From positions 1 through 61,788 of IMG/VR virus record IMGVR_UViG_3300021062_000016: DNA of 61,788 nucleotides. One strand, written 5' to 3'. The notes below the pieces were generated by a model, which did not search any database, had not been told where the DNA came from, and saw nothing but the letters and a program-made list of their open reading frames with translations. How positions within the stretch are numbered: position 1 is the first letter of the stretch; each line of letters begins with the position of its first letter. The DNA comes from a virus. Taxonomy: Duplodnaviria; Caudoviricetes. The translations under genes were made by a program, and so were the position numbers. Shown here piece by piece: positions 25,867 to 36,252 of the stretch.

Positions 25867-28061
25867 AGATGGCGACCGCCGGACAACAGAAGGCCGGCGA
25901 CATCAAGGTAGCCATCGAGACGATCATTGGCGGGCTGGAAAAAGAGGCTGAGCGTAGAGTCTCCCGCCGTTCCTCCATCGAAGACCGGTGGATCGAAGAC
26001 ACCCGCCAGTATCACGGGGAGTATGACGAGAGCACGCTTTCCGACCTGAGCTCTCAGAACAAGTCGCAACTGTTCATCAACCAGACGCGGCCGAAGACCA
26101 ACGCCTGCTCCGCCCGTCTGTTCGACATGCTGTTCCCGACCGACGACAAGAACTGGGACGTCCAACCCACCCCCGTTCCTGAGCTGTCCAACCTCGCGAC
26201 CCAAGCCACTTCTGTTGCCGAGCAAGGCAAGGAACTGGCGGACAGGGCTATCGCTCGTGGAGATATGGCCACAGCACGGTGGATTGTCGAAGAATCCAAC
26301 GCGCAACTTGATGCAGGGGTCAACGCTCAGTCCCTGATTGACGAAGCCAAGCGCCGCTGCGATGCGATGCGCGAGGAGATGGAGGACCAGCTCCGGGAGT
26401 GCCGGTACGCCGAGGAAATGCGTCTGGTTCTCGAGGACGCCTGCAAGCTGGGCACCGGCATCGCCGAAGGCCCGGTGGTTAATGACAGGGTCCGCCGGAA
26501 TTGGACCAAGAGCCAACTCAACAACGGCGCTGAGGTCTACGAACTGAAGGGCACCGAAGACGCACGGCCGGCTTTTCGCCGCATTAATCCATGGGACTTC
26601 TTCCCCGACATGGATGCGATGAGCCCGGAGGAGTCGGAAGGGTTCTTCATCCGGCACCTTGAGACCAAGAAAGGCCTCAGAAAGCTTGCCCGTGAGCCGG
26701 GCTTCGACAAAGACGCCATCCGCGAATTGCTCAGGGAATCTCCCCGTTCAAAGGTCCCCACCTACATCTCCGAATTGCGGGAGATCAGCGGCAACGACCA
26801 AGATTCAAACCTCGAGCGTTATACCGTTTGGAAATACACCGGGCCCATCACCGCTGAAGACCTGGAGGCCCTGGTCGAATTCACCGGGCAGGAGAAGATC
26901 GAAGGCGAGACCGACCCGCTGAAGGAATTGCCGGTCACCATTTGGTTCTCCCAAGGGAAGCTTCTCAAGTTCGGCATCTACCACATGGACTCCGGGGATC
27001 CGATCTACTCGGTGTTTCCGTTCGAGAAAGACGACTCGTCCATGTTCGGCAAGGGCGTGCCTTGCCTGATGCGGGATAGTCAAAAGGCACTGAACGCCGC
27101 CTGGCGCATGATGATGGACAACTCGGGGCTGTCGTCTGGGCCCCAGGTTGAGATTGACCCGACAGTCATTGAACCGGTGGATGGTGAATGGGGGCTTGCC
27201 CCCCGCAAACTTTGGAAGAGGCTAGCTACCGCTCTCCCCGGCAAGAAGGGCATGGAGACCTACGAGATCGAGTCCCACCAACAGGAACTCGCCAATATCA
27301 TCACCCTTGCCAAGCAGTTCATTGACGACGAGTCGTCCATGTCCGTCCTGGCTCAAGGGGAACAGGGTAGTCACACCACTCAGACCGCGGGCGGCATGTC
27401 TATCCTGATGAACGCCGTCAATGTGGTGTTCCGCCGCATCGTGAAGAACTTCGATGACTGCATGACGGTGCCGAACCTTCGTCGCTTGTACGATTGGAAC
27501 ATGCAGTTCTCGACTAAGGAAGACATCAAGGGCGACTTCGAAGTCGATGCCCGCGGTTCCTCGGTTCTGCTGGTCCGTGAAATCCAGAGCCAGAATCTGA
27601 TGGCCCTCACCACCAACTGGTCCGGGCATCCGGTGCTGGGACTGTTGCTGAAAGCCGCGCCCGCTGCCCGCAAAACCGTGCAGTCCCTCATGATCGCCGC
27701 GAACGAGATCATCAAGACCGACGACGAGTTGAAGGCAGAGGAAGAGGCGAGGGCAAATCAGGAACAACCTGAAGACCCCGCCGTAACCATGAAGCGCATG
27801 GAACTGGAGGATCGTGAACGCGACCGTCAGCACAAGGAGCGCATGGCTGCGATGCAGCGCGACACCGAGATGGTCCGGCTGTCTGCCCAAACCAATGTGA
27901 CCTTGGACAAGATCAGGGCGCAGCTGCAGGACTCCCGCGAGGAGCGCGCCAGTTCCGAGCGCAAATTCGCCGCGGAAGTGGCTGTCGAGAAGCAGAACAA
28001 GGAAGAAGCCCTCGCCAGGGGTGACGAGCCCCAAGGTTCCGGCGGGTTTGTCTCGCAGTGA
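25863..28061 (+). CDS. Portal protein (podovirus type)
   Basis: 732 aa after terL; PWDFFPD, TAGGMSILM, coiled-coil tail. Confidence 0.9.
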   Translation: MKMATAGQQKAGDIKVAIETIIGGLEKEAERRVSRRSSIEDRWIEDTRQYHGEYDESTLSDLSSQNKSQLFINQTRPKTNACSARLFDMLFPTDDKNWDVQPTPVPELSNLATQATSVAEQGKELADRAIARGDMATARWIVEESNAQLDAGVNAQSLIDEAKRRCDAMREEMEDQLRECRYAEEMRLVLEDACKLGTGIAEGPVVNDRVRRNWTKSQLNNGAEVYELKGTEDARPAFRRINPWDFFPDMDAMSPEESEGFFIRHLETKKGLRKLAREPGFDKDAIRELLRESPRSKVPTYISELREISGNDQDSNLERYTVWKYTGPITAEDLEALVEFTGQEKIEGETDPLKELPVTIWFSQGKLLKFGIYHMDSGDPIYSVFPFEKDDSSMFGKGVPCLMRDSQKALNAAWRMMMDNSGLSSGPQVEIDPTVIEPVDGEWGLAPRKLWKRLATALPGKKGMETYEIESHQQELANIITLAKQFIDDESSMSVLAQGEQGSHTTQTAGGMSILMNAVNVVFRRIVKNFDDCMTVPNLRRLYDWNMQFSTKEDIKGDFEVDARGSSVLLVREIQSQNLMALTTNWSGHPVLGLLLKAAPAARKTVQSLMIAANEIIKTDDELKAEEEARANQEQPEDPAVTMKRMELEDRERDRQHKERMAAMQRDTEMVRLSAQTNVTLDKIRAQLQDSREERASSERKFAAEVAVEKQNKEEALARGDEPQGSGGFVSQ

Positions 28062-28276
28062 TCGAGCCCGCATCCGAGACCTGGAAAGAGATCGTCAAGT
28101 GGGCGGAAGCCAACAGGCTTAACGCCACCATGCGCCTGTGTGCCCACGGCACCGGCATGGAAGAGACCGAATACCAACGGGGGCGTGCCTCCGTGCTCAA
28201 CGAATTGCTGGCGCTGACCAAGCCACAGCCTGACCTGACCGGCATGAGTAGGCCGGATCGGAAGACCGGCTACTAG
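28058..28276 (+). CDS. Conserved small protein after portal
   Basis: TEYQRGR..L.ELL. Confidence 0.7.
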   Translation: MIEPASETWKEIVKWAEANRLNATMRLCAHGTGMEETEYQRGRASVLNELLALTKPQPDLTGMSRPDRKTGY

Positions 28277-28315
28277 CGGGCCGCCCGTACCGGGCCGCCA
28301 AAACCAGAGGACATC

Positions 28316-29317
28316 ATGACCGAGAAGACCGCAGAGACCGCGGTCGCCGGTGATTCGCAGGAATCGCCCGCGACGCAGGACGAAGCGAGCCAAGCCTGGG
28401 CGGAGTTCGAACAGGCCGACAACCCCAAAGGCAAAGAGCCGGAGGAGGAGCTTGAAGGCGGTGATGATCAGACCGCCGACAAGAAAGACGGTGAGGAACC
28501 GTCCAAGGACAAGGCCGAAGAGAAGCCGGCCGAGAAGACCGAAGCCAAGCCCGACATCTGGGCCAACGCCCCGCCTGAACTGAAGGCCGCCTACGAGGCC
28601 GCCGAGAAGAAGGCGAGGGACCTTGAGCACCGGAAGAAGTCGGACGACGGCAGAGTCGCGACCTATCAGCGGCAGGTCAAAGCACTCACCGACCAGATTT
28701 CCGAACTTCAGAAGGGCAAGAAGGACGGCGCCACCCAGGCGTCCTCCGAAAAGAAAGCCGGAGAAATCTCCGACAAGCTTGCCAAGCTGAAGACCGACTA
28801 CCCGGAGATCGCCGAGCCTATCGAACACCTCGAGGGCCGGCTGAACGATGCGCTCAAGAAGATCGACTCTTTGACGAGCGAGTTCTCCGGCATCTCCAAG
28901 GAACGTTCGGAGAAGCAATTCGCCACCCAGGAGAAGATCGTCCTGGAGGCGCACAAAGACTACGACGCCATCGCCGAGTCCGACGAGTTCTACGCCTGGT
29001 ATGCGCAATCACCCGCCTTCATCAAGGCCGGTGTTGAGCGCAACGCCCGCGGGATCGTGGACGGCCATGAAGTCAAGAAGATCATCGACCTCTTCAAGCT
29101 GGAGACCGGGAAGGTCTCCACCGGCGCCGTGACGGCGACGAAGACTGAACCGGCCGACAAAGGCCAATCCAACAACCCAGCCCCTGCCGATCCTCACAGG
29201 AAACGGCAACTCGAATCAGCTTCCAGTCCTCGCAGCAAGTCTCTCGGCCCCACGCCAAGTGGAATCCCGGACGACCCTGAAGGCGCCTGGAATGCCTTCG
29301 AGCGCATGGGGCTTTGA
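28316..29317 (+). CDS. Scaffolding protein
   Basis: Acidic/coiled-coil ORF just before capsid gene. Confidence 0.75.
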   Translation: MTEKTAETAVAGDSQESPATQDEASQAWAEFEQADNPKGKEPEEELEGGDDQTADKKDGEEPSKDKAEEKPAEKTEAKPDIWANAPPELKAAYEAAEKKARDLEHRKKSDDGRVATYQRQVKALTDQISELQKGKKDGATQASSEKKAGEISDKLAKLKTDYPEIAEPIEHLEGRLNDALKKIDSLTSEFSGISKERSEKQFATQEKIVLEAHKDYDAIAESDEFYAWYAQSPAFIKAGVERNARGIVDGHEVKKIIDLFKLETGKVSTGAVTATKTEPADKGQSNNPAPADPHRKRQLESASSPRSKSLGPTPSGIPDDPEGAWNAFERMGL

Positions 29318-29333
29318 CCTCAACAGGTAACCC

Positions 29334-30344
29334 ATGACCACGACCAAATACTCCGACTCGGGGATTTCCCCCCGTACAAACGTCTACGCCGTCCGGCAGA
29401 TGCTCAAGCATGCCGGCCCGGTCGTCGTTCTCGACAAGTTCGGCCTCATGCAGAAGATGCCGAAGAACAAGACCCAGACCATCAAGTGGCGCCGTCCGAA
29501 CGTGTTCTCGGCCGCGTCCGTTCCCTTGGTGGAAGGCGTGACTCCTTCGACCACGCAGTTCAGCTACACCGACGTGGAAGCCACCCTCAAGGAATACGGC
29601 CAGTTGGTGGAGATCACCGACGCCATCGAGGACACCCACGAGGATCCTGTTCTCAACGATGCGGCGGTCCAGGCGGGCGAGAACATCGGCCGCACCATCG
29701 AGGCCCTGACCTATGGCGTTGTCCGTGCGGGCACCAACGTGGTGCGCGCCAACGGCTCCGCTCGTACCGACATTAACACTCCGGTGACCCTGAACGGTCT
29801 CCGCTCGGTGGTGAAGTCGCTCAAGGCCCAGAAGGCGATGATGATCACCAAGGTCCTGGACGGATCGGTCAACTACGCCACCCGTTCGGTGGAAGCGGCT
29901 TATATCGCCGTGTGCCACACCGACCTGGAGCCCGACCTCCGCAACCTGGCCGGCTTCCTTCCTGTCGCCCAGTACGGCTCGCGCAAGACCGTGCACGACC
30001 AGGAGTTCGGCACGGTGGAGAACGTCCGTTTTGTCACTACGCCCGACCTGACTCCCTTCACCGATGCGGGCGGCGCCAAGGCCGGCGCGGTCGGCACGAT
30101 GGTCTCCACCACGGGCACCTCGGCCGATGTGTATCCCATCCTGATCTTCGGCAAGGAAGCCTACGGCGTGGTCCCGCTTCGCGGCATGGAGTCGGTCTCT
30201 CCGTCCATCATCCCTCCGGGGAAGAAGGACAAGAGCGATCCTCTCGGCCAGCGCGGCTATGTGGGTTGGTTGACGTGGTTCACGTCGAAGATCCTCAATG
30301 ACAACTGGCTGTATCGTTACGAGGTGGCCGCGACGGCTATCTAA
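29334..30344 (+). CDS. Major capsid protein, N4-gp56 family
   Basis: MPKNKT, LVEGVTP, DKSDPLGQRGYVGW. Confidence 0.92.
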   Translation: MTTTKYSDSGISPRTNVYAVRQMLKHAGPVVVLDKFGLMQKMPKNKTQTIKWRRPNVFSAASVPLVEGVTPSTTQFSYTDVEATLKEYGQLVEITDAIEDTHEDPVLNDAAVQAGENIGRTIEALTYGVVRAGTNVVRANGSARTDINTPVTLNGLRSVVKSLKAQKAMMITKVLDGSVNYATRSVEAAYIAVCHTDLEPDLRNLAGFLPVAQYGSRKTVHDQEFGTVENVRFVTTPDLTPFTDAGGAKAGAVGTMVSTTGTSADVYPILIFGKEAYGVVPLRGMESVSPSIIPPGKKDKSDPLGQRGYVGWLTWFTSKILNDNWLYRYEVAATAI

Positions 30345-30363
30345 CGGCTGAGTTGAATCAACC

Positions 30364-30399
30364 GCGGGGCGCGCTCTCAGAGCCGCCCCGCTTCCTTTT
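30364..30399 (+). terminator. Terminator-like hairpin after capsid gene
   Basis: GCGGGGC...GCCCCGC then TTCCTTTT. Confidence 0.5.
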
Positions 30400-30416
30400 C
30401 CAGGAGATCACAAACC

Positions 30417-30734
30417 ATGTTTCCCAACGTCAAAGTAGGCGAGGTTTCCGGCACCGGCAATACGGTGCTCGTCAACCTCGGCTGGCAGCCCGACTACATC
30501 GAGACCATCAACCTCACCGACAAAGACCAGATGTACAAGTTCCACTCTGGCATGTCGGCCGGCACTGCCATCGACATCAACAAGGCCGGTTCCATCGCCG
30601 AACTCGCGTCCGAGGGCTTCACCCTGGTGAACAACGCCACGGACAACGTCTGCGGGTTCAAGATCGGCACGACCATCTCCGAGTCCTCCAAGCGCATCGC
30701 GTACCTCGCGGTCCGCAACGGGCCCGGGAACTAA
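30417..30734 (+). CDS. Putative capsid decoration protein
   Basis: Follows MCP; paralog of next gene's C-terminal domain. Confidence 0.7.
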   Translation: MFPNVKVGEVSGTGNTVLVNLGWQPDYIETINLTDKDQMYKFHSGMSAGTAIDINKAGSIAELASEGFTLVNNATDNVCGFKIGTTISESSKRIAYLAVRNGPGN

Positions 30735-30740
30735 GGATCG

Positions 30741-30765
30741 AAGGGCGGGAGCGATCCCGCCCTTT
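30741..30765 (+). terminator. Hairpin/terminator
   Basis: AAGGGCGGGA-GCGA-TCCCGCCCTTT. Confidence 0.55.
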
Positions 30766-30784
30766 GTCCTTTTAGGAGCAAACC

Positions 30785-31318
30785 ATGAGCACAACCAATA
30801 TCACCAACGCCGCTCTCCGGGCGCAGATCGTTTCCGGCGAGACCATGCTGGGCCAGTTGGCGCAGGCTGTCCGTCAGGTCCTTCGGGGCAATGGCAATCG
30901 CACGAATGCCGGTAACCCGAACGGAGTCCTGACTCCTCAAAACCGTGGCGAGCGGGTGTGGGACACCACCAATTCCCGCGAGTTCGTGGCCACCGGATTG
31001 ACCAACACCTCGTGGTTTCCGACCACGGGCGTTCCGGTAACCGCTGAAGTCTCAGGCACCGGCAGCACAGTCACGGTCAACCTTGGCTTCACGCCCTCTT
31101 ATGTGATGACGCTGAACCTCACCGACTTCGACGTCCAGTACGAGTGGACCGACACCATGGCCAATGGAACCGCCATCGAGCACAACAAGGCGGGTTCCAT
31201 CCAGCAGCTGGCCTCTGAAGGCATCACGCCCATCACCACCGCTGGGTCTGAAGGCTTCCAGATCGGCACCACGATCTCGGAAAGCTCCAAGCGCATCGCT
31301 TACGTCGCGCATCCGTAA
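30785..31318 (+). CDS. Putative virion decoration protein (paralogous C-terminal domain)
   Basis: Shares EVSGTG, NKAGSI, LASEG, IGTTISESSKRIAY with 30417-30734. Confidence 0.7.
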   Translation: MSTTNITNAALRAQIVSGETMLGQLAQAVRQVLRGNGNRTNAGNPNGVLTPQNRGERVWDTTNSREFVATGLTNTSWFPTTGVPVTAEVSGTGSTVTVNLGFTPSYVMTLNLTDFDVQYEWTDTMANGTAIEHNKAGSIQQLASEGITPITTAGSEGFQIGTTISESSKRIAYVAHP

Positions 31319-31323
31319 CGGGG

Positions 31324-31346
31324 TGGGGGCTTCGGCCCCCATTTCC
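31324..31346 (+). terminator. Intrinsic terminator
   Basis: TGGGGGC-TTCG-GCCCCCA TTT. Confidence 0.55.
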
Positions 31347-31357
31347 TTACCCATAGG

Positions 31358-31867
31358 ATGGCCATGAGAACCTTCACCAATAATCTGTGGATGCCGGCCG
31401 TGTCGATCACCCGGCCCGCGAACACCACGACCTATGCCACAGGTGATGCGGTAGGCGCGGCAGCCGGCTCGCGTCTGTCGTTCGTCGTGCCGCATCCCCA
31501 CGGGCTGGTGAAGTCAGCCCGGCTGTGGAAGTCATCGACCGGCACGACCGCGGACGACTTCCGCCTCCTGCTGTTCACCAAGCAGCCCACCAACAACCCG
31601 GTGGACAACGCCGCGCCGACCACCTCGTTCATCGATATCGCCGACGCCGGCAGTTACGTGGGCTCCATCGACTTCGAGACCATCGATCATACCTTGGCTG
31701 CTGGGATCACCTACGTCGGCCAGGACTATGTTCCGTCCACGGGAATCCCATTTCATCTAGGCGGCACTGGCCACGCCAACGTGCTGTTCGGGATACTCAC
31801 CGTGGTCGGCAACTACGACCCCGGCTCCGCCGAAGTCTTCACCATCAGCCTTCAGATCGACCAGTAA
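31358..31867 (+). CDS. Putative virion structural protein
   Basis: ITRPANTTTYATGDAV; beta-rich. Confidence 0.7.
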   Translation: MAMRTFTNNLWMPAVSITRPANTTTYATGDAVGAAAGSRLSFVVPHPHGLVKSARLWKSSTGTTADDFRLLLFTKQPTNNPVDNAAPTTSFIDIADAGSYVGSIDFETIDHTLAAGITYVGQDYVPSTGIPFHLGGTGHANVLFGILTVVGNYDPGSAEVFTISLQIDQ

Positions 31868-31953
31868 TTCCTTCGCGTGTCTCCGACACGATAACCCGCC
31901 GCTCTCTCCTCCACCTGATACCCGGACGTGAGAGCCGCAAGCCAGAGGACTCC

Positions 31954-32463
31954 ATGCGCAAAGAAATCCCCGTCAAGGAAGCCAGCAACAACGACCTTCG
32001 CCAGTACGCGGAAGAGAAGGGGATCAACGTCCACCCTGGGGCAAAACGGGATCAGCTTCTGACCAAGCTGAATCTCAACGATGAGATGTCCATCTCCATC
32101 GGCGCCGGCGACCTACCGAAGGAAAACGACGCTCCGGACTATGTGATCGTCCGCATCGCGACCTCGGAAAGCGAAGGCGGCGATAAACCCGTGGTGCTGG
32201 GATTCAACACCAAGCTGATGCTGGTGGAGCGTGGCGCCTGGTCGCTCATTCCCTGGGGTTATTACAACAGCCTCAAGGATGCGGTGGAAGACCGCTACGA
32301 TCCGTTGCCCGGTGGTGGAGTGGGCGCCCCTCGTCAGGTGCCGCGGTTCCCGCACGAACTGTGGGACAGAACCGATCCCCCGGCCGACCTCAAGACGCCC
32401 CCGGCCTTCAGCGGGAACGTGGACGAGATACTCGCCAAACGGCGCGTCAAGCGGGCGGCCTAA
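31954..32463 (+). CDS. Hypothetical protein
   Basis: GAGGA RBS; ORF in structural operon. Confidence 0.7.
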   Translation: MRKEIPVKEASNNDLRQYAEEKGINVHPGAKRDQLLTKLNLNDEMSISIGAGDLPKENDAPDYVIVRIATSESEGGDKPVVLGFNTKLMLVERGAWSLIPWGYYNSLKDAVEDRYDPLPGGGVGAPRQVPRFPHELWDRTDPPADLKTPPAFSGNVDEILAKRRVKRAA

Positions 32464-32469
32464 GCACCC

Positions 32470-33186
32470 ATGGCCACTTTCTTGCAGCTCGCACAGAAGG
32501 TGGCCCGCGAGAGCGGAACTGTTTCTGGGACTCAACCTTCCTCGGTCACCAGTCAGACCGATCGCCTTCTGAAAATCGTCAACTGGACGGCGGACGCCTG
32601 GACCCACATCCAGAACTCCAAGCCCAACTGGATGTGGATGGACGCCAGCTGGTCCGCCACGCTGACGGCTAACACTACGACCTACACGGCTTCGGCTCTG
32701 GGCATCTCCTCCCGTTTCGGGGCCTGGGTGCAGGACAACCCGATCAAGAGGTTCTACCCCACCACCATGTACGATTCCTCCATCGGCGTGTCGGATGAAG
32801 GAATCCTCCGCCAGCTCACCTACAGCCAGTGGCTGACACGGTATGGCAGGGGGACGCAGACCGCGAACAAACCCGGACACTGGGCGATTGCGAACAACAA
32901 CTCTCTGGTGTTCGGCCCCAAGCCTGATTTGAGCACCTACGTGGTGAGCGGACGGTACCGCAAGGGACCGCAGACTCTTTCGGCTAATGCGGACGAACCG
33001 GAGATGCCGGAGCGCTTCCACGACGCGATTGTCTGGTACGCCCTCGGGTACCTGGTCGAGCACGACGAGGCGGTGAATCAAGTTGCCGGGTTCCGTTCCC
33101 GCTACATGCAGCTCATGCACCAGCTTGAGCGCGACCAACTACCACCTGAGAGCCAGCCGCACATCGCCGCGGGCCCGCTTGCGTAA
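32470..33186 (+). CDS. Head-tail adaptor protein
   Basis: TFLQLAQKV..E; PEMPERFHDAIVWYAL. Confidence 0.8.
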   Translation: MATFLQLAQKVARESGTVSGTQPSSVTSQTDRLLKIVNWTADAWTHIQNSKPNWMWMDASWSATLTANTTTYTASALGISSRFGAWVQDNPIKRFYPTTMYDSSIGVSDEGILRQLTYSQWLTRYGRGTQTANKPGHWAIANNNSLVFGPKPDLSTYVVSGRYRKGPQTLSANADEPEMPERFHDAIVWYALGYLVEHDEAVNQVAGFRSRYMQLMHQLERDQLPPESQPHIAAGPLA

Positions 33187-33191
33187 GTCCG

Positions 33192-35261
33192 ATGCAACAG
33201 ACCGCCTTCTTCTCCCTTCAAGGCGGGCTCGATCTTGTGACTCCCGCCATCCAGACGCCGTCTGGACGGATGATTGCCGGATACAACTACGAACCCGGTC
33301 CAAGAGGCTACAAGCGCGTTGACGGCTACGAGCGATACGACGGACGTCCTGAACCACAGAACGCGACTTATTACCTGCTGAACTTCGACGCCGGCACTGC
33401 TGCGATTACCGAGGGGCAGACCGTCACGGGCGCGACATCGGGAGCCACCGGCAAAGCGCTGATTGATGCTGTTGTCTCCTCCGGCTCCTACGGCGGTGGA
33501 AACGCCGCTGGATACCTGATCCTCGATCTCGTCACTGGGACCTTCCAGGACAACGAGAACCTTCAGGTATCGGCGGTCACCAAGTCGGTGGCCAACGGCG
33601 TTGCGATTGAACGGGGCGCCGCCACAGACGCCCTCGACACCACGTATTACCGCGATGCGATCGAGACCCGCAGAGCCCTGATTGCCGCGCCTACTGGATC
33701 CGGTCCGATCCGGGGTGTGTGGGTGTTCAACGGCACCGCCTACTGCTTCCGCAACAACGCGGGCGGAACAGCTGGGTTGATGTACAAGGCCACCACATCG
33801 GGGTGGTCGGCTGTTTCGCTGGGTGTGAAGCTTGCCTTCACGGGCGGAACGTCATCGACCGTTGCCGACGGCCAAACCCTTGTAGGTGCGAGCTCGGGCG
33901 CGACTGGCGTTGTTACTCGCCAAGCCATTCGGACAGGTACCGTCGCCGCGTCCACGGCGGCCGGCATCTTCACCTTTGCCAGCGTCACCGGAACATTCAC
34001 CAACGGTGAGAACCTCCAAGTCGGAGGCGTGACCAAAGCTGTTGCCTCTGGGACTCAGGCCGCCATCACGCTCCCGGCCGGCGGTCGCTACGAGTTCGTG
34101 AACCACAATTTCTTCGGCGCCTCCAATCTCGCCCGGATGTACGGCGTGAACGGAGTGGGTACGGCATTCGACTTCGATGGAACGACCTTCGTTCCCATCG
34201 CTACGTCGATGACCACCGACACACCGAAGCATATCGCGGTTCACAAGCAGCATCTGTTTCTGGCTTTCCCCGGTGGCTCTGCCCAGCACTCGGGGACCGG
34301 AGATCCTTACGCCTGGACCCCCGTCACCGGCGCTGCCGAGTTGGGCATCGGTGAGGAAATCACCGGTTTCATCCAGGATTTTGCCAAGCAATTGGTGATC
34401 CTGGGTCGGAACAAGATCGCTGTGTTGTACGGCAACGATAGTTCGGACTGGGTTCTGGTTCCGATTGCTGATGACGCAGGCGCGATCGAATGGACCGCGC
34501 AGAGAATTCGTAACCCGATCTACGTTGACGACCGCGGCATCCGCGACATGCGGGCCACGCCTGCGTTCGGCGACTTCAACATGGGAGCGGTGAGTCAGCT
34601 CATCGAGCCATTGTTCCGGACGAAGAAGGTTGCTGGGATTACACCCACCGCTTCTGTCCGTGTTCGAGCCAAGGATCAATATCGTTTCTTCTGGTCCGAC
34701 GACACCGGGGTGACCGTCTACCTCGGGCGCAAAAACCCCGAGTGCACATTCTTCAAGTTCAGCCATTCAGTCGAATGCGCCTGTTCCTCTGAAGACTCAA
34801 ACGGCAACGAGATCATGCTGTTCGGGTCCGACAATGGGATGGTTTATCGCCTGGATGCGGGGACGAGTTTCGACGGCGGCACGGTTGAAGCCTTCATTCG
34901 CCTGCCGTTTAACCACGTCGGTTCGCCGACGCAGAACAAGCGCTGGCACAAAGCAACGCTGGAAGGAAACTTCTCCGCTGCGGTGAGCCTGGGGATGCTC
35001 GCGGAGTTCTCCTACGGCGATCCCGGCACACCTCCTGCGATTGAACAGACCTTCTCTGTCCAAGGGGGCGGCGACTTTTGGAACGAGCTGACACTCAACG
35101 ACTTCTACTGGTCCGCCCCTGTTGAAGGGGTGGCCGAATGCTCCGTTGACGGCCTCGGCCGCAACATCTCCATCGCGGTTGTGAGCTCGTCCATCTACGA
35201 GGAACCACATCAATTGCATGGCCTAACTTTACACTACAGTCATAGGGGATTGGCGCGGTGA
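33192..35261 (+). CDS. Tail nozzle/stabilisation protein
   Basis: GGLDLV N-terminus, beta-propeller-like, follows adaptor. Confidence 0.75.
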   Translation: MQQTAFFSLQGGLDLVTPAIQTPSGRMIAGYNYEPGPRGYKRVDGYERYDGRPEPQNATYYLLNFDAGTAAITEGQTVTGATSGATGKALIDAVVSSGSYGGGNAAGYLILDLVTGTFQDNENLQVSAVTKSVANGVAIERGAATDALDTTYYRDAIETRRALIAAPTGSGPIRGVWVFNGTAYCFRNNAGGTAGLMYKATTSGWSAVSLGVKLAFTGGTSSTVADGQTLVGASSGATGVVTRQAIRTGTVAASTAAGIFTFASVTGTFTNGENLQVGGVTKAVASGTQAAITLPAGGRYEFVNHNFFGASNLARMYGVNGVGTAFDFDGTTFVPIATSMTTDTPKHIAVHKQHLFLAFPGGSAQHSGTGDPYAWTPVTGAAELGIGEEITGFIQDFAKQLVILGRNKIAVLYGNDSSDWVLVPIADDAGAIEWTAQRIRNPIYVDDRGIRDMRATPAFGDFNMGAVSQLIEPLFRTKKVAGITPTASVRVRAKDQYRFFWSDDTGVTVYLGRKNPECTFFKFSHSVECACSSEDSNGNEIMLFGSDNGMVYRLDAGTSFDGGTVEAFIRLPFNHVGSPTQNKRWHKATLEGNFSAAVSLGMLAEFSYGDPGTPPAIEQTFSVQGGGDFWNELTLNDFYWSAPVEGVAECSVDGLGRNISIAVVSSSIYEEPHQLHGLTLHYSHRGLAR

Positions 35262-35860
35262 CCAACTTGTACTTCGACACCGGCGACTATACCGCCCTGA
35301 CCAGGCACTCACTTGGGCGTGCTGAGTCGGTCAACGCAATTTTTTCAGCGGTTGAAGTCGGTTTTGATCAACTGCCGACCCCGACCGAGATCAAGCAAAG
35401 CAAGGTGACCTTCGTTGCCACCGACACCGGAGCAGCGAATGCCTACTTGGTGAGCCTGACCTACGCGCCCGCCAGTTATAGCGACGGGCTTGAAGTCGTC
35501 TTCCGCGTCGGCAACACCAACACCAGCACGGCCACCATCAACGTCAATTCCCTGGGCGTGAAGTCCATCCGCAATTACGCGGGCACTGCGCTTTCTGGCG
35601 GGGAACTGGTGCAGGGCGCTCTCGTCACGCTGCGCTACGACAACACCAATGGGTATTTCCGCATCACCTCACCGGTGACCACGGTCGGTTCGGTGACCGG
35701 GATCGACATCAACGGCCTCACCCAGGCCAGCGAAGTCGATACCGCTGCGGACTTTGTCCCCATCTACGACGCTTCCGCCGGCGGACACCGCAAGGTGCTG
35801 CCCAGCCTCATCGCCGATGAAGGCAACCTCTGCCTTGCCGCAGGAGTATTCGCGCTATGA
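35258..35860 (+). CDS. Tail fibre/adaptor protein
   Basis: TGAANAY..YSDGL..NT.TATINVN.LG.KSI. Confidence 0.7.
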   Translation: MTNLYFDTGDYTALTRHSLGRAESVNAIFSAVEVGFDQLPTPTEIKQSKVTFVATDTGAANAYLVSLTYAPASYSDGLEVVFRVGNTNTSTATINVNSLGVKSIRNYAGTALSGGELVQGALVTLRYDNTNGYFRITSPVTTVGSVTGIDINGLTQASEVDTAADFVPIYDASAGGHRKVLPSLIADEGNLCLAAGVFAL

Positions 35861-36252
35861 CTCAGTTCACCATCGTCCCGTTGTCGGGCTCCACCGACTT
35901 TCGGGGCATCCTGGTTACGCCTACAGCCTTGGGCTCGGCCGAGACAATCCACACCGCACAGGGCTCGGCGTCGCTGCCGGACCTGGTGAGCATCGAAGCC
36001 TACAACTCCGATACCGTCGCGCGCCCGCTGAAGCTCGCCTGGGGCGGCACGACGGACCCTGACGATGTATTGGCCTTCGTGCTCTTGCCCGGAGAGACGC
36101 GGATGATCGTCCACCAGCGGCCGATCCGCAATTCGCTGATCATCAAGGCGGCGTCGGTCACCATGACGTGGGTGGATGGCCAGTCTTACACCGGCGCGGC
36201 CGACAAGATCGTCATCACCGGCGGCTCCTACGTGCAGAGGCAAACGTCATGA
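35857..36252 (+). CDS. Putative tail-associated protein
   Basis: Coupled ORF in tail cluster. Confidence 0.65.
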   Translation: MTQFTIVPLSGSTDFRGILVTPTALGSAETIHTAQGSASLPDLVSIEAYNSDTVARPLKLAWGGTTDPDDVLAFVLLPGETRMIVHQRPIRNSLIIKAASVTMTWVDGQSYTGAADKIVITGGSYVQRQTS

